Positions 22,140 through 32,168 of a stretch of DNA of 57,251 nucleotides are shown piece by piece. The notes under the pieces were generated by a model. It searched no databases, was not told where the DNA came from, and was given only the letters and a program-made list of their open reading frames with translations. The position numbers and the translations under genes were made by a program. Numbering within the stretch: position 1 is the stretch's first letter; every line of letters begins with the position of its first letter. The DNA comes from an uncultured Clostridia bacterium (GTDB taxonomy: Bacteria; Bacillota; Clostridia; Oscillospirales; Acutalibacteraceae): contig CALWIS010000012.1 in NCBI GenBank assembly GCA_944380795.1, positions 1-57,251 of the forward strand, read 5' to 3'.

Positions 22140-22140
<1 letters not shown>

Positions 22141-23321
22141 TGAAACTGAACCATCATTTTGAGGAGATTTCCGAAAGCTATCTCTTTGCCGAAGTTTCCC
22201 GCCGGGTGCAGGCCTACCGGCAGAGTCACCCGGACCACGAGGTCATCTCTCTGGGAATCGGAGATGTGACCCGCCCCTTGTGCACGGTTGCTACCCAGGC
22301 ATTGGTGCAAGCATCCCAGGAGCAGGGCACCCAGGAAGGGTTCCACGGCTATGGCCCGGAGCAGGGCTACCCGTTCCTGCGGGAAGCAGTGCAGGCTTAC
22401 TATCGCTCCATGGGAGCCGAGGTGGAGGCTGAGGATATTTTCATCAGCGACGGCGCCAAAAGCGATTTGGGCAATTTTCTTGACCTTTTTGACCGGGACA
22501 ATACCGTGCTCATTCCCGACCCGGTGTATCCGGTATACCGGGATACCAACCAGATGGCGGGTCGGCCCATCCGGTATCTGAACGCAGTGCGGGAAAATGG
22601 TTTTCTCCCAATGCCAGAAGAGGGGATGGAGGGGGATATTATTTATCTTTGCTCCCCCAACAACCCCGCCGGTGTGGTATATACCCGGGAACAGCTGCAA
22701 AAGTGGGTGGACTTTGCTCTGGAGCATGATGCGGTGATCTTCTTTGATGCTGCCTATGAAGGCTTTATCCGGGACAGCTCCTTACCCCGCAGCATCTTTA
22801 CCATTCCCGGTGCGGAGCGGTGCGCGGTGGAATTTTGCTCCTTTTCCAAGCTGGCAGGCTTTACCGGCCTGCGCTGCGGCTATACGGTAGTGCCCCATAC
22901 CTTGATGCGGGAGGGGATGTCCCTGCGGAAAATGTGGCTCCGCCGCCAGACCACCAAGTTTAACGGCGTTCCCTATCCGGTGCAGCGTGCCGCAGCGGCG
23001 GTGCTCACCCCGGAGGGGCTGGCCCAGTGCCGGGAAAGCATTGAAGTGTACCGCCAAAACGCGGCGTTGATCTCTCAGGTGTTGCAGGAATGCGGCATCT
23101 GGCACACCGGCGGCGCGCACTCCCCCTACCTGTGGCTGGAGTGCCCGGGTAAGATGGATTCCTGGGAGTTCTTCGATATGCTGCTGGAAAAAGCCGATGT
23201 AGTGGGAACACCGGGCTCCGGATTTGGTAAAAATGGGGAAGGCTACTTCCGTCTCACCGGATTTGGCACACCGGAAAACACCCAAAAGGCCATGGAGAGG
23301 TTCCGCAAGGTGTTCGGTTGA
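22140..23321 (+). CDS. dapL: LL-diaminopimelate aminotransferase
   Basis: SYLFAEV...ISLGIGDVTRPL at the N-terminus and an SFSKLAGFTGLRCGY PLP-lysine region. The ATG shares 1 nt with the pyrG TGA. Confidence 0.85.
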
Positions 23322-23360
23322 ATAAGCGATACCTTTGGAATAAAGAGAGGAGAAGATCTC

Positions 23361-24755
23361 ATGGAAAATTGGATGGAGGAACTGCATGAGGAATGCGGCG
23401 TCTTTGGTGTGTACCATGCAGCCAAGGCGGCTGCCCTCACCCATTTGGGCCTTCACGCTCTACAGCATCGCGGACAGGAGGGAGCGGGCATTGCTGCCTG
23501 CGGAGACGGACAGCTTTTGTGCCGCAAGGGCCGGGGGCTGCTCAGTGACGCTCTTTCCCGGGAGGATATGGAGCAGTTGGTGGGAGATAGCGCCATTGGT
23601 CATGTTCGGTATTCTACCCAGGGTGGGGACGAACCGGAAAACTTACAGCCATTAACCGCCCGATCAGGGATCGGGGTCATCGCCGTCGCCCATAACGGAC
23701 AGATTGTAAATGCTTGGGAGCTGAGGCAAAAACTGGAAGAACAGGGGAGTATCCTCTATGGTACCAGCGACAGTGAGATTATCCTGCATCTGATTCAGCG
23801 GGAAAAGGGTCATCTCACCCAGAAAATTCTGGAGGCATGCCGCCATCTGGAAGGAGCCTTCGCCTTTGTGATCCTTTCAGAAAACAGCCTTTTTGCGGTG
23901 CGGGACAAAAATGGCCTGCGCCCTCTGGTGGTAGGCAAGCTGGGGGATGGCTGGTGTGTGGCCAGCGAAAGCTGCGCGCTGGAAGCAGTGGGCGCAACAC
24001 TCATTCGAGATGTGCAGCCGGGAGAAGTATTGAAGTTTTCCGGTGAAGGCCTTTCCTCTTTCCATTACACCGAAGATACGGCCTGCCGTCTGTGCGCTAT
24101 GGAGTATATCTATTTTGCCCGGCCCGACAGCACACTGGATGGAAAGAACGTCCACCAGGTGCGCCGGATTACCGGCCGTATTTTGGCAGAAAAAGATCGA
24201 GAAGAATTGGAAGCTGATCTGGTGATCGGAGTGCCGGATTCTTCTCTTTCCGCCGCTTTGGGTTATAGTGACGCCAGCGGCCTTCCCTATGATATCGGCT
24301 TGGTAAAGAATCGCTATGTAGGGCGTACCTTCATTCAGCCTACCCAGGAACAGCGTGATCTGGGAGTGCGGTTAAAACTTTCCGCTAACCGTCAGGTGGT
24401 GGAGGGAAAACGAGTGGTGTTGGTGGATGATTCCATCGTTCGGGGCACCACTTCCCAGCGCATCGTCCGGCTTCTCCGGGAGTCGGGGGCAAGAGAAGTG
24501 CACCTGCGCATTGCTTCCCCGCCGATTCAGTATCCCTGTTTTTATGGGGTGGATACCTCCACCCGGGAAGAACTTATCAGTGCCCGGATGGATTGTGAGG
24601 AACTTTGCAAATATGTGGGCGCAGATTCCCTCCGTTTCTTGACAGTTGAGGAAATGGAGAGGGCGTACAGCGGGGCAGGTTACTGTTTTGCCTGCTTTAA
24701 TGGGAAATATGTGACGCCTTTGTTTCATCATAAACGAGCCCTAGCGCTTTCTTAA
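23361..24755 (+). CDS. purF: Amidophosphoribosyltransferase
   Basis: EECGVFGV Ntn Cys follows a short propeptide. A PRPP-binding loop VLVDDSIVRGTT and C-terminal Fe-S cysteines are present. Confidence 0.92.
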   Translation: MENWMEELHEECGVFGVYHAAKAAALTHLGLHALQHRGQEGAGIAACGDGQLLCRKGRGLLSDALSREDMEQLVGDSAIGHVRYSTQGGDEPENLQPLTARSGIGVIAVAHNGQIVNAWELRQKLEEQGSILYGTSDSEIILHLIQREKGHLTQKILEACRHLEGAFAFVILSENSLFAVRDKNGLRPLVVGKLGDGWCVASESCALEAVGATLIRDVQPGEVLKFSGEGLSSFHYTEDTACRLCAMEYIYFARPDSTLDGKNVHQVRRITGRILAEKDREELEADLVIGVPDSSLSAALGYSDASGLPYDIGLVKNRYVGRTFIQPTQEQRDLGVRLKLSANRQVVEGKRVVLVDDSIVRGTTSQRIVRLLRESGAREVHLRIASPPIQYPCFYGVDTSTREELISARMDCEELCKYVGADSLRFLTVEEMERAYSGAGYCFACFNGKYVTPLFHHKRALALS

Positions 24756-24768
24756 ATCTATATAGTAA

Positions 24769-24797
24769 AAGGCCCCTGTTTTTTAAACAGGGGCCTT
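24769..24797. terminator. Bidirectional terminator (first convincing one after the 12646 promoter)
   Basis: AAGGCCCCTGTTT / AAACAGGGGCCTT stem, with A-run and T-run flanks. Confidence 0.75.
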
Positions 24798-24805
24798 GAT
24801 GTATT

Positions 24806-25516
24806 TTAAGAATGGAAAAGCTGGTTATATTCCGCTGTGCCTGCGAGTTCCTTTTCAAAGGGTGCCCGGCGGTTGGGGCAATCCAACAGAGGACAATACC
24901 GGCAGTTTTCATAGTGGCTTTCTGCTGAAAAGAAGAAGCCGGAACCAGATTTAGAGGGGAGCAGCAAAAAGGAATCGGTGAGTTCTACGCCGATATCCGG
25001 GGTAACGCCGCCCAACAAATCAAACAGAGGGCGCTGCTGGGGCAGGGGCCAAGCCGGCAGGGAGCCGGGGCTCATAGCAGAGAATTTGCCGCTGGGAAAG
25101 TACCGTGCAACCTCTTGCTGTAATTGCTGTCGTGCTTCACCTAAAAGCTGGAGTTTGATGGTATCTGCCCAGAAACCGGTGAGAGGGTCGTCCCGATAGG
25201 CCTGGGACCATTCTTCCGCTTCGGTTCCACAAGTAACAACAAAAGGAATTATGCGGGCGGTTTTTTCCAGGTTTTGGCTTACCAGCGGGGAAGAAAATCG
25301 AACACCGTCTACTGTGATCCCCTCTGCGTCTCGTTTTTGGATTTGTGCCATTCCATACAGGGCTTTGGGGCGGGCTACTGCCAGCACTTCCTCTCGCATT
25401 CGTTTGATTTCTTCCAAGTCATCAGGATCAGAAGCTTCGTCCATATGCAGAGCGCGGAGAAGTGCTTCTAAAGGGAGTTTGGGTTTTTCCACTATCGTAA
25501 TTGTTTTATCTGTCAT
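24806..25516 (-). CDS. Methionine synthase activation-domain-like protein (B12 reactivation domain family), standalone
   Basis: ATG at 25516 (MTDKTITIVEK) lies 8 nt after GGAGG. The PGSLPAWPL...LF.LL..IGV.LT.S..LLPSKSGSG pattern matches that domain as I recall it. The C-terminus has a CxxCxxxxC cluster. Confidence 0.55.
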   Translation of the reverse strand: MTDKTITIVEKPKLPLEALLRALHMDEASDPDDLEEIKRMREEVLAVARPKALYGMAQIQKRDAEGITVDGVRFSSPLVSQNLEKTARIIPFVVTCGTEAEEWSQAYRDDPLTGFWADTIKLQLLGEARQQLQQEVARYFPSGKFSAMSPGSLPAWPLPQQRPLFDLLGGVTPDIGVELTDSFLLLPSKSGSGFFFSAESHYENCRYCPLLDCPNRRAPFEKELAGTAEYNQLFHS

Positions 25517-25542
25517 CACAATACCTCCAAAGATGTTCAACT

Positions 25543-27395
25543 TCATGAATGATCTGTTTTTTCTTGTATCGGAAAATATACCGTATATGTTTCTTTGCCC
25601 ACTTCATACAGCGGGATCAAGGAGAAATTTTCCAGCTGGCCTACGGTGCTGAACCCTAAAAGCCAGTTATCCCACTGCCGTTCATTTTGGGTTTGCACAA
25701 TAGTTTCAGGGTGGGAAAGATCACCGGTAAGGGTAATTTCCCGGTCAATCAACCCTGCCAACACCACAGGTCCATAAAGAAATGCCAATGTAGTGGGGCG
25801 GTCTGCCAAGGGCCAACAGGTGATCCCTTTGGGAAGCAGAATATCGACCTGATCCTCCTGCCAAGTGCGCTCTAAGACCAGATATCCATTTTGTGGAGAC
25901 AATTCCTGAATTTGACCATTTACCCAGCACTTCATGGGCTGTTTCAGCCACCAGGGGCAGCGCAGACGAAGCCGGAAAGAAGTTCCATTTCCCTGAATCT
26001 GCAGATGATATACATCAAAGTCTGGCAAACGATCCAGACAAAAGTTCTCTGTTCCCAAAGTGAGAGAAGAACTGCTTAGAGGATCGCGGTTTAGTTCCAT
26101 TTTTATAGCTGTGCCATCTTGCTGTGTTTCCAGCTGAGAGGGGATATACTGGGCTACGGTGATCTCCTGCTGGGATTGATAGTAAATATACTCGCGGAAT
26201 CGGGCGTTAGACTGCACAGCGGTACAGTGGCAGCACCAGAAATGCTGGGTTTTAGAACCCCATTTTTTATAAGATCCGGGGGCGAGAGGCAGGTAGTAGC
26301 TGACGATCCCCACTTCTGGTTCCTGGGGTTGGCAGAAAGTGTCTCGGGTGCTGGAATACCAGAAGGTTTGCGCCAATATGCCATTATACAAGTTCTGCTC
26401 GATATAGTCGGCATACTTCACATCGCCGGTCCATCGGTAGAGGTAGTCTGCCAAGCGGATCATATTGTAGACCACACAGTGTTCTTGCGTATCTTCTCCT
26501 AATCGCGAAGATTGGACCTGCATGGGTGTCCATATTTCGCCGCAGGTTTGCCCTCCGGTTGCAAAGGCGCCCCGCCGGGTCACAGCTAAATCCCAATACT
26601 GTTCTACAATACGTCGATACCGTTCTTCCCCAGTAACTTCATAAGCCCGGGCACAACCCTGGATTTCTGGGATGGTGGTATTGGCGTGGCGGTTCGTCAA
26701 CACATCTTCCCCGCGAAGTACAGGCTCCGTTAGGCGAGGGCGTTCATATCGGCGCATTAGTTCCAGATGGCGAGGGTCCCCGGTGACTGCGTAAAGGTCA
26801 GCCCAGACTTCCATAATGCCCCCTGTTTCCTGCAGGTCCATCATATTATCCATGGTTTCCCGAGAGATTTCATCGGTAAAGCGAAGAAACCAGTCTGCAC
26901 ATTTTAGTAAGATATTCAGCGCTTGCTGGTTTCCTGCCAGAAGATGCATGTCCAAAAGGCCCATCATATTTTTATGGCATACATACTGAGGTGCCCAAAA
27001 GCTTTTTCCATCCCGCAGGGAGTATAGATATTTTTCCGGGATAGGAAAGGCCCAGACATTTCCGTTTTGTTCTTGGCATCGGCTGATTTCTGAAACGATA
27101 AAGTCAGCCTTGGCTTTTTTAGCTGTATATCCCCAGTTTCCTGGTAAATACGGGCAGCCGCACTGAGCCAGTGGCCGGTAAAAGTGCCACGGATCTGGCT
27201 GGTGGGGGAATCCCATCCGCCATGGGTTTTGGGGGTGTAGTTGAGCCAGCCGTTCAATCCTGCTTCCGCATAGTGTGAAAAAAGCAGATCTTCTGTCCGA
27301 AGCTCCATCAAGTAGCGGACATCACGGTCACGGTGCTGAGAAAATAGAGACTCCTTCAGCTGGACATTCCCATATGATGAGACAAAATGCTGCAC
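25543..27395 (-). pseudogene. GH127 (DUF1680, beta-L-arabinofuranosidase-like) gene split by a 1-nt frameshift in a homopolymer
   Basis: The N-terminal piece (GTG at 27395 after AAGGAGGAG; ...GHWLSAAARIYQETGD) and the 557-aa piece (...AKKAKADFIVSEISRCQEQNG...) are contiguous family sequence in two frames. The switch maps to the T6 run at 27115-27120 (A6 on the coding strand). Confidence 0.8.
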
Positions 27396-27816
27396 GACAA
27401 CTCCTCCTTGTATCTATAAGATTGCAGCCGTGTTTTTGCAAAGGGCCTCTCTCTAAATTAGAGGCTTCCTTTTCGATACCATTGTAGCACGGCATTTATA
27501 GAGGTGCAATCTAGCAAAATATAAATAAAAAATTCACTTTACTTTGCTTGGAGTTTTCCTAAAGATAAAGTCGTAGTGCAATTATAAAATAAAAATAGAG
27601 AAACCATATGTTAGTTTTATTTGAATTGAATAATAGAATTTTTCCTTAGATTGGTTGAGAAAAATATGTGGATATTTTTATAATTTTGGAGAAAAAATTA
27701 CTAAATAACCATGCCAATAGAAAGGCAAAATAAGAAATAGTAAAGAGGGAATAGTTTAACAATATTATTGTCATAAAAAATCACGTTAACTGTTGCTTTA
27801 AAAATCGATTTGTCGA

Positions 27817-27845
27817 TTGACATAAAAGAGAAACTCTACTATAAT
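27817..27845 (+). promoter_or_regulatory. Consensus sigmaA-type promoter inside an AT-rich spacer; implies a roughly 275-nt leader
   Basis: TTGACA (27817-27822), 17-nt spacer, TATAAT (27840-27845). The next + strand start codon with an RBS is at 28128. Confidence 0.55.
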
Positions 27846-28127
27846 AAGTGAAAGATAAAGAGAGACGGTTTTTTAGCTTTTTTGACAGTTTAAAATTAGA
27901 TTTTGTAATAGTGAACTTTAAAAGCTTTTTTTTGAAAACCAAATTGTTTTTTTAAGTGCAGTTACAAGTCAATTCATGGAAGCTTTTGCGTGAATTTGCA
28001 ATCAGGATAGCTGTAAGGCGATATCGGTAAGTTTTCTTTTTAGATTTATCTATTTGTGCAGTAAGGTTTGCAATAAGGTTTCATAAAAAATACATCCGAT
28101 CTTCGGAAACGGTAACAGAGGAAAGTT

Positions 28128-29060
28128 ATGAAAATTACATTAGCGATTATGGCAGCTGGGATTGGTTCTCGTTTTGGCGGTGGGATTAAACAACTGGAAC
28201 CAGTAGGTACCAATGGAGAGATTATCATGGATTATTCGGTCCATGATGCTATTGAAGCAGGCTTTAATAAGATCGTATTTATTATCCGCAAGGATATTTA
28301 TGAGGATTTTATGGAAGTCATTGGTCACCGGATCGAATCTCTGTGTGAACAGTTGCACGTAGAGATTGCCTATGCTTTTCAGGAAAAGGAAGATCTTCCT
28401 GCTGGCTGCCAGCTGCCGGAAGGCAGAGAGAAGCCGTGGGGAACTGGCCAAGCGGTACTGGCTTGCCGAGATTTGATCCATGAGCCTTTTGCCGTGATCA
28501 ATGCAGACGATTATTATGGAAAGACGGCTTTTCGGCAGCTTTATCACTTCTTGACCCAATATACTCCTGAAAAGCCAAACGATTTCTGTATGGCGGGCTT
28601 TGTTTTGAAAAATACGCTGAGTGAAAATGGCAGTGTTACTAGAGGCGTTTGCAAGGTAACCAATTCTGGTTATTTGGAAAAGATCGAAGAAACCACAGGA
28701 ATCTGTAAAACCGATACGGGTGCCGCTGTTTATGAGGATGGCGTGACACACTCCATTGATGCGGATTCTCATGTTTCCATGAATATGTGGGGCCTTACCC
28801 CCGAGTTTATGGACACGCTGGAAAAAGAATTTGTAAACTTTTTTGAAGAAGGTGGAGATTTATCCAAAAAGGAATATCTTCTGCCGATCCTGATCGGAAA
28901 GCTTTTGGAACAGAAAAGAGTATCCGTAAAGGTTTTGGAGACTCCTGATACTTGGTTTGGGGTAACCTACCGGGAAGATAAGCCGGGAGTGGAAGAAGCG
29001 TTTCGCAAATTGACCCAGAAAGGTGTCTACCGTATTCCGTTGTTTGGAGATCTGATTTAA
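28128..29060 (+). CDS. Sugar-phosphate nucleotidyltransferase family protein (paralogue 1)
   Basis: LAIMAAGIGSRFGGGIKQLEPVG N-terminal NTP-transferase loop, and PWGTGQAVL, INADDYYG. It aligns along its whole length with 53760..54680. Confidence 0.75.
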   Translation: MKITLAIMAAGIGSRFGGGIKQLEPVGTNGEIIMDYSVHDAIEAGFNKIVFIIRKDIYEDFMEVIGHRIESLCEQLHVEIAYAFQEKEDLPAGCQLPEGREKPWGTGQAVLACRDLIHEPFAVINADDYYGKTAFRQLYHFLTQYTPEKPNDFCMAGFVLKNTLSENGSVTRGVCKVTNSGYLEKIEETTGICKTDTGAAVYEDGVTHSIDADSHVSMNMWGLTPEFMDTLEKEFVNFFEEGGDLSKKEYLLPILIGKLLEQKRVSVKVLETPDTWFGVTYREDKPGVEEAFRKLTQKGVYRIPLFGDLI

Positions 29061-29072
29061 AAAGAGCATAAT

Positions 29073-29115
29073 AAAAGCCGGGTACTGGCCATTGTGGTCG
29101 GTACCCGGCTTTTTG
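29073..29115. terminator. Bidirectional terminator
   Basis: AAAAGCCGGGTAC / GTACCCGGCTTTT stem between convergent genes. Confidence 0.75.
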
Positions 29116-29128
29116 CTGCCGGAAGCTT

Positions 29129-30241
29129 TTATTTAGGCTGGATGTCCTCATAAATAAATTTGTGAAGGATATCGGTAGCATTGTCCAGATCGTATACAAA
29201 GTACCAGAGTTCATCAATGATCTGGCCGCTTGCGTTACAGCCTGCGGTGGGGAAGGAAGCCTGCTCCATGGTAGGGCTGGAGGTCAAAGCCCAAGTGCCA
29301 ATCCCCAAAATTTCATCATCGGTCAAAGAGGTAACACATTCGGAGAATACCATGGAAATCAAGCCGGGCAGCTTGGTCACATCCAGCTGCATAACAGATT
29401 GGAACATGGAGTCAAGCACCTCGCGCTGGCGATCGGTGCGGTCCAAGTCTGAACCATTGGTGCGGTCTCGGGCATAGGCCACTGCTTGTCCGCCAGTCAG
29501 CAGAACATCGCCGGTTTCCGTAATGGGATCAATATCCATTCCCAAAGCGTTCAGTTCGATCATACATTGATTGGCAACTTCCAATTCCTCTTGCGTAACG
29601 TTTACTGTAACGCCGCCGATATAATCGATAATATTGGCTAACTGAGCAAAATTAACGGTTACAAAATCCTGAATATCCAAACTGAAATTCTGATTTAGGG
29701 TCTTTACCGCCAATTGGGGCCCGCCATAAGCATAGGCATGGTTTAGCTTTGTCATTCCGCGGCCGGGAACCTCCACATAGGTATCTCGTGCAATAGAAGT
29801 CAGCTTGATCTTGTTGTGGGTGCGGTCAATGGAAAGCACCATGGTAGCATCGGAACGTCCGGAATCCGAAGAGAGATCGCGGGTATCCAGGCCGAACAAA
29901 GCAATATTGGTAACATCGCTCTGGCTTTCAGGAGTAGTGTTTCCGTCCTCTGTACTGGAAGTGGTACTGGATGAATTGATTCCTAAATCATTTACATCCA
30001 GTTCTTGACGCTGAATGGTGCCCAGCAGAGATTTTACATAGATAAAGCCTGCGCCAAACAGCAAAATAATAATAGCCAAAATAATGGAAACGATCACAAT
30101 GATCTTCTTTTTGAGAGACCATTTTTTCTTTTTGGCATTCAGATAGGTGATATCCTCATTTAACGAAGCATCATCATGAATAAACGATGAGGAATCTGTG
30201 CTTTGATGTTTGGGAGTATGTTTGTTGGGTTCCATAGTCAT
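29129..30241 (-). CDS. LCP (LytR-CpsA-Psr) family cell-wall glycopolymer ligase
   Basis: ATG at 30241 lies 7 nt after GGAGG. One TM helix (IIVIVSIILAIIILLFGAGFIYV) is followed by LFGLDTR...RSDATMVLSID...SIARDTYV...NHAYAYGG. Confidence 0.85.
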   Translation of the reverse strand: MTMEPNKHTPKHQSTDSSSFIHDDASLNEDITYLNAKKKKWSLKKKIIVIVSIILAIIILLFGAGFIYVKSLLGTIQRQELDVNDLGINSSSTTSSTEDGNTTPESQSDVTNIALFGLDTRDLSSDSGRSDATMVLSIDRTHNKIKLTSIARDTYVEVPGRGMTKLNHAYAYGGPQLAVKTLNQNFSLDIQDFVTVNFAQLANIIDYIGGVTVNVTQEELEVANQCMIELNALGMDIDPITETGDVLLTGGQAVAYARDRTNGSDLDRTDRQREVLDSMFQSVMQLDVTKLPGLISMVFSECVTSLTDDEILGIGTWALTSSPTMEQASFPTAGCNASGQIIDELWYFVYDLDNATDILHKFIYEDIQPK

Positions 30242-30562
30242 AATCAATCCTCCGAATTCAAAAACAGGAAATTGCGCTCCGATAGATAGACCGGAGATTT
30301 CTTTAGACGTACAATCAAATTTTTTTGACCTTTCTGTCAAAAAAATTTCTTTCCCTATTATAGTATGTCTTTTTCTGTTTCGCAAGGCGATTATCATAAA
30401 TCGAATCCGTGATTTAAAAATCTTTCTATTATGACGGTTTTCTCCATAAAAACCGCTTTAATTTTACTATCATTATATAATTAAAAAATTCTTTTAAAGC
30501 CTTAACTATTGCCAATTTGCAAACGTTCAAAACATCTCTCTGATTTATTCCTAAAAAATTCC

Positions 30563-31630
30563 TTATAATACTACCTGAAAGCAAATTCGGTCCTGCCTGT
30601 CGGGATACGCACGGATTTCTCCACGATGGCGGTGGATGATAGAGCGGGCAATAGATAATCCCAAGCCATAGCTTCCCCCTTCACTGCGAGAATCATCTGC
30701 CCGGTAGAATCGATCAAAGAGCTTGCGATATTCCAAGGTGGAGGCTTGGGAATAGGTGTTGGTTACTACTAAATGGAGCCTTTTTTCCCGATACAGGGAG
30801 ACACAGATACTACCTCCGTCGTCACAGTATTTGACTGCATTGTCCAGAAGGATGGAAACACATTGTCGGATTTCTCCTTCATTGCCCGTATACAAAAGTT
30901 CTGGAGAGATATGTAGGGAGAGCTCTTTGCCCACGCGTTGGGCTAATGGCAAAAAAGCCATGGCGGTATCGTATACCGCTTCACTGAGGGAGAATTCTGC
31001 CTGCTCCCAGTGAGGGTCATCCCCGTCCAATCGGGTAAGGGTGATCATCCGGGAAAGAAGGTGGCGCATTTTGGCTGTCTGCTTATCGATACCATGGCAC
31101 CACTCATTCTTCCCAAAAGTCATGGTAAGGATTTCCGAGTCTGCCGAGATGACGGTTAAAGGAGTTTTCAGTTCATGGCTGACATCTGCAATAAACTGTT
31201 TTTGCTTTTCATAGCTTTCCGCAATGGGAAGAACTGCTTTTTTGGAGACCAGTACCACTAACAAAAAGACCGCCAAATAGGCAGTGATACCAATCACACA
31301 AGAGATAACAAGTAAAAAGAGAATATTTCCCACTTCTTCTGAAACATTCAAAAACACCAATACGTATCCGGTTTCCTGCTGGGCAAGCTGAAACCGATAA
31401 CTGTTGATGTATCCTGCCTTTTTTCCCCCTTCTAGGATTTTTTGGGCATAGGAGGCAGCATCCTCTTGGCTGAGAGCGGCGATGCGGTCTGTAGAGATTT
31501 TGGTGATCTGTAAATTGTTATCCAGAAATACGCTGCAATATCGAACGGTAAAGGGAGCCTCCGGATCTTGGCGCAGTAGTTCCGGGAGGTCATGGGGCGG
31601 AGGATGCCCAGAATCTGGCGAAAAATCTCG
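30563..31630 (-). pseudogene. Sensor histidine kinase lacking its 5' end (no TM1, no cognate response regulator)
   Basis: SYEKQKQFIADVSHELKTPL H-box and N/G boxes at the C-terminus are intact. Family-like sensor sequence (PEAPFTVRYCSVFLD...) runs only up to about 31630. Beyond that, the open frame is antisense to a real FtsX coding segment. Confidence 0.7.
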
Positions 31631-32156
31631 AGTAGTGGTCCTGGTAGTGGGTGGCGTGATTCTTGTGGTGCTGAACATCTTCAATCTGCGGGAACGTAAA
31701 TATGAGATCGGTGTATTGGCAGCTATTGGAATGAAAAAACGGAAAATCGCACTGCAATTTGTTTGTGAACTGTTTTGTGTGACGCTGGTTGCCTTCATGA
31801 TAGGTACTACCGCTGGAGCTTGTCTTTCCGTTCCGGTGACCAATCAATTATTAGCCAATCAGGCTGCCAGTAGTCAGAGTTCCCAGGAGCAGATCGCCGG
31901 CAACTTTGGGAAAGACCCCTCTCAAATGATGCAGGGACAACCGGATCAGGGCATGATGGGAAGCAAGGGAGAACGCCCAGATAGTCTGGGAGACCAAGCT
32001 GCAGCCTACGTTGATTCCGTGACCAGCGCTACCGATTTTACAGTGGTTTTGCAGTTGGTAGGAGTTGGAATTTTGCTAACCATAGTTTCCAGCTTAGCGG
32101 CAATTGTCACCATTACCCGATACGAACCCTTGAAGATCCTTTCCAGCAGAACATAA
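31623..32156 (+). pseudogene. FtsX-family ABC permease, C-terminal fragment only
   Basis: VVVLVVGGVILVVLNIFNLRERKYEIGVLAAIGMKKRKIALQF plus two further TM helices make up the FtsX domain. TM1 and the extracytoplasmic domain are absent. Upstream of about 31623, the frame is antisense to the kinase. Confidence 0.65.
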
Positions 32157-32168
32157 GGAGGCACGGCA

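Noticed and set aside
31627-31632. An XhoI site (CTCGAG) exactly at the inferred kinase/permease breakpoint, which would suggest an engineered junction.
   Set aside because: A single 6-bp site is expected by chance. No vector, marker or scar sequence flanks it. A natural deletion explains the layout.
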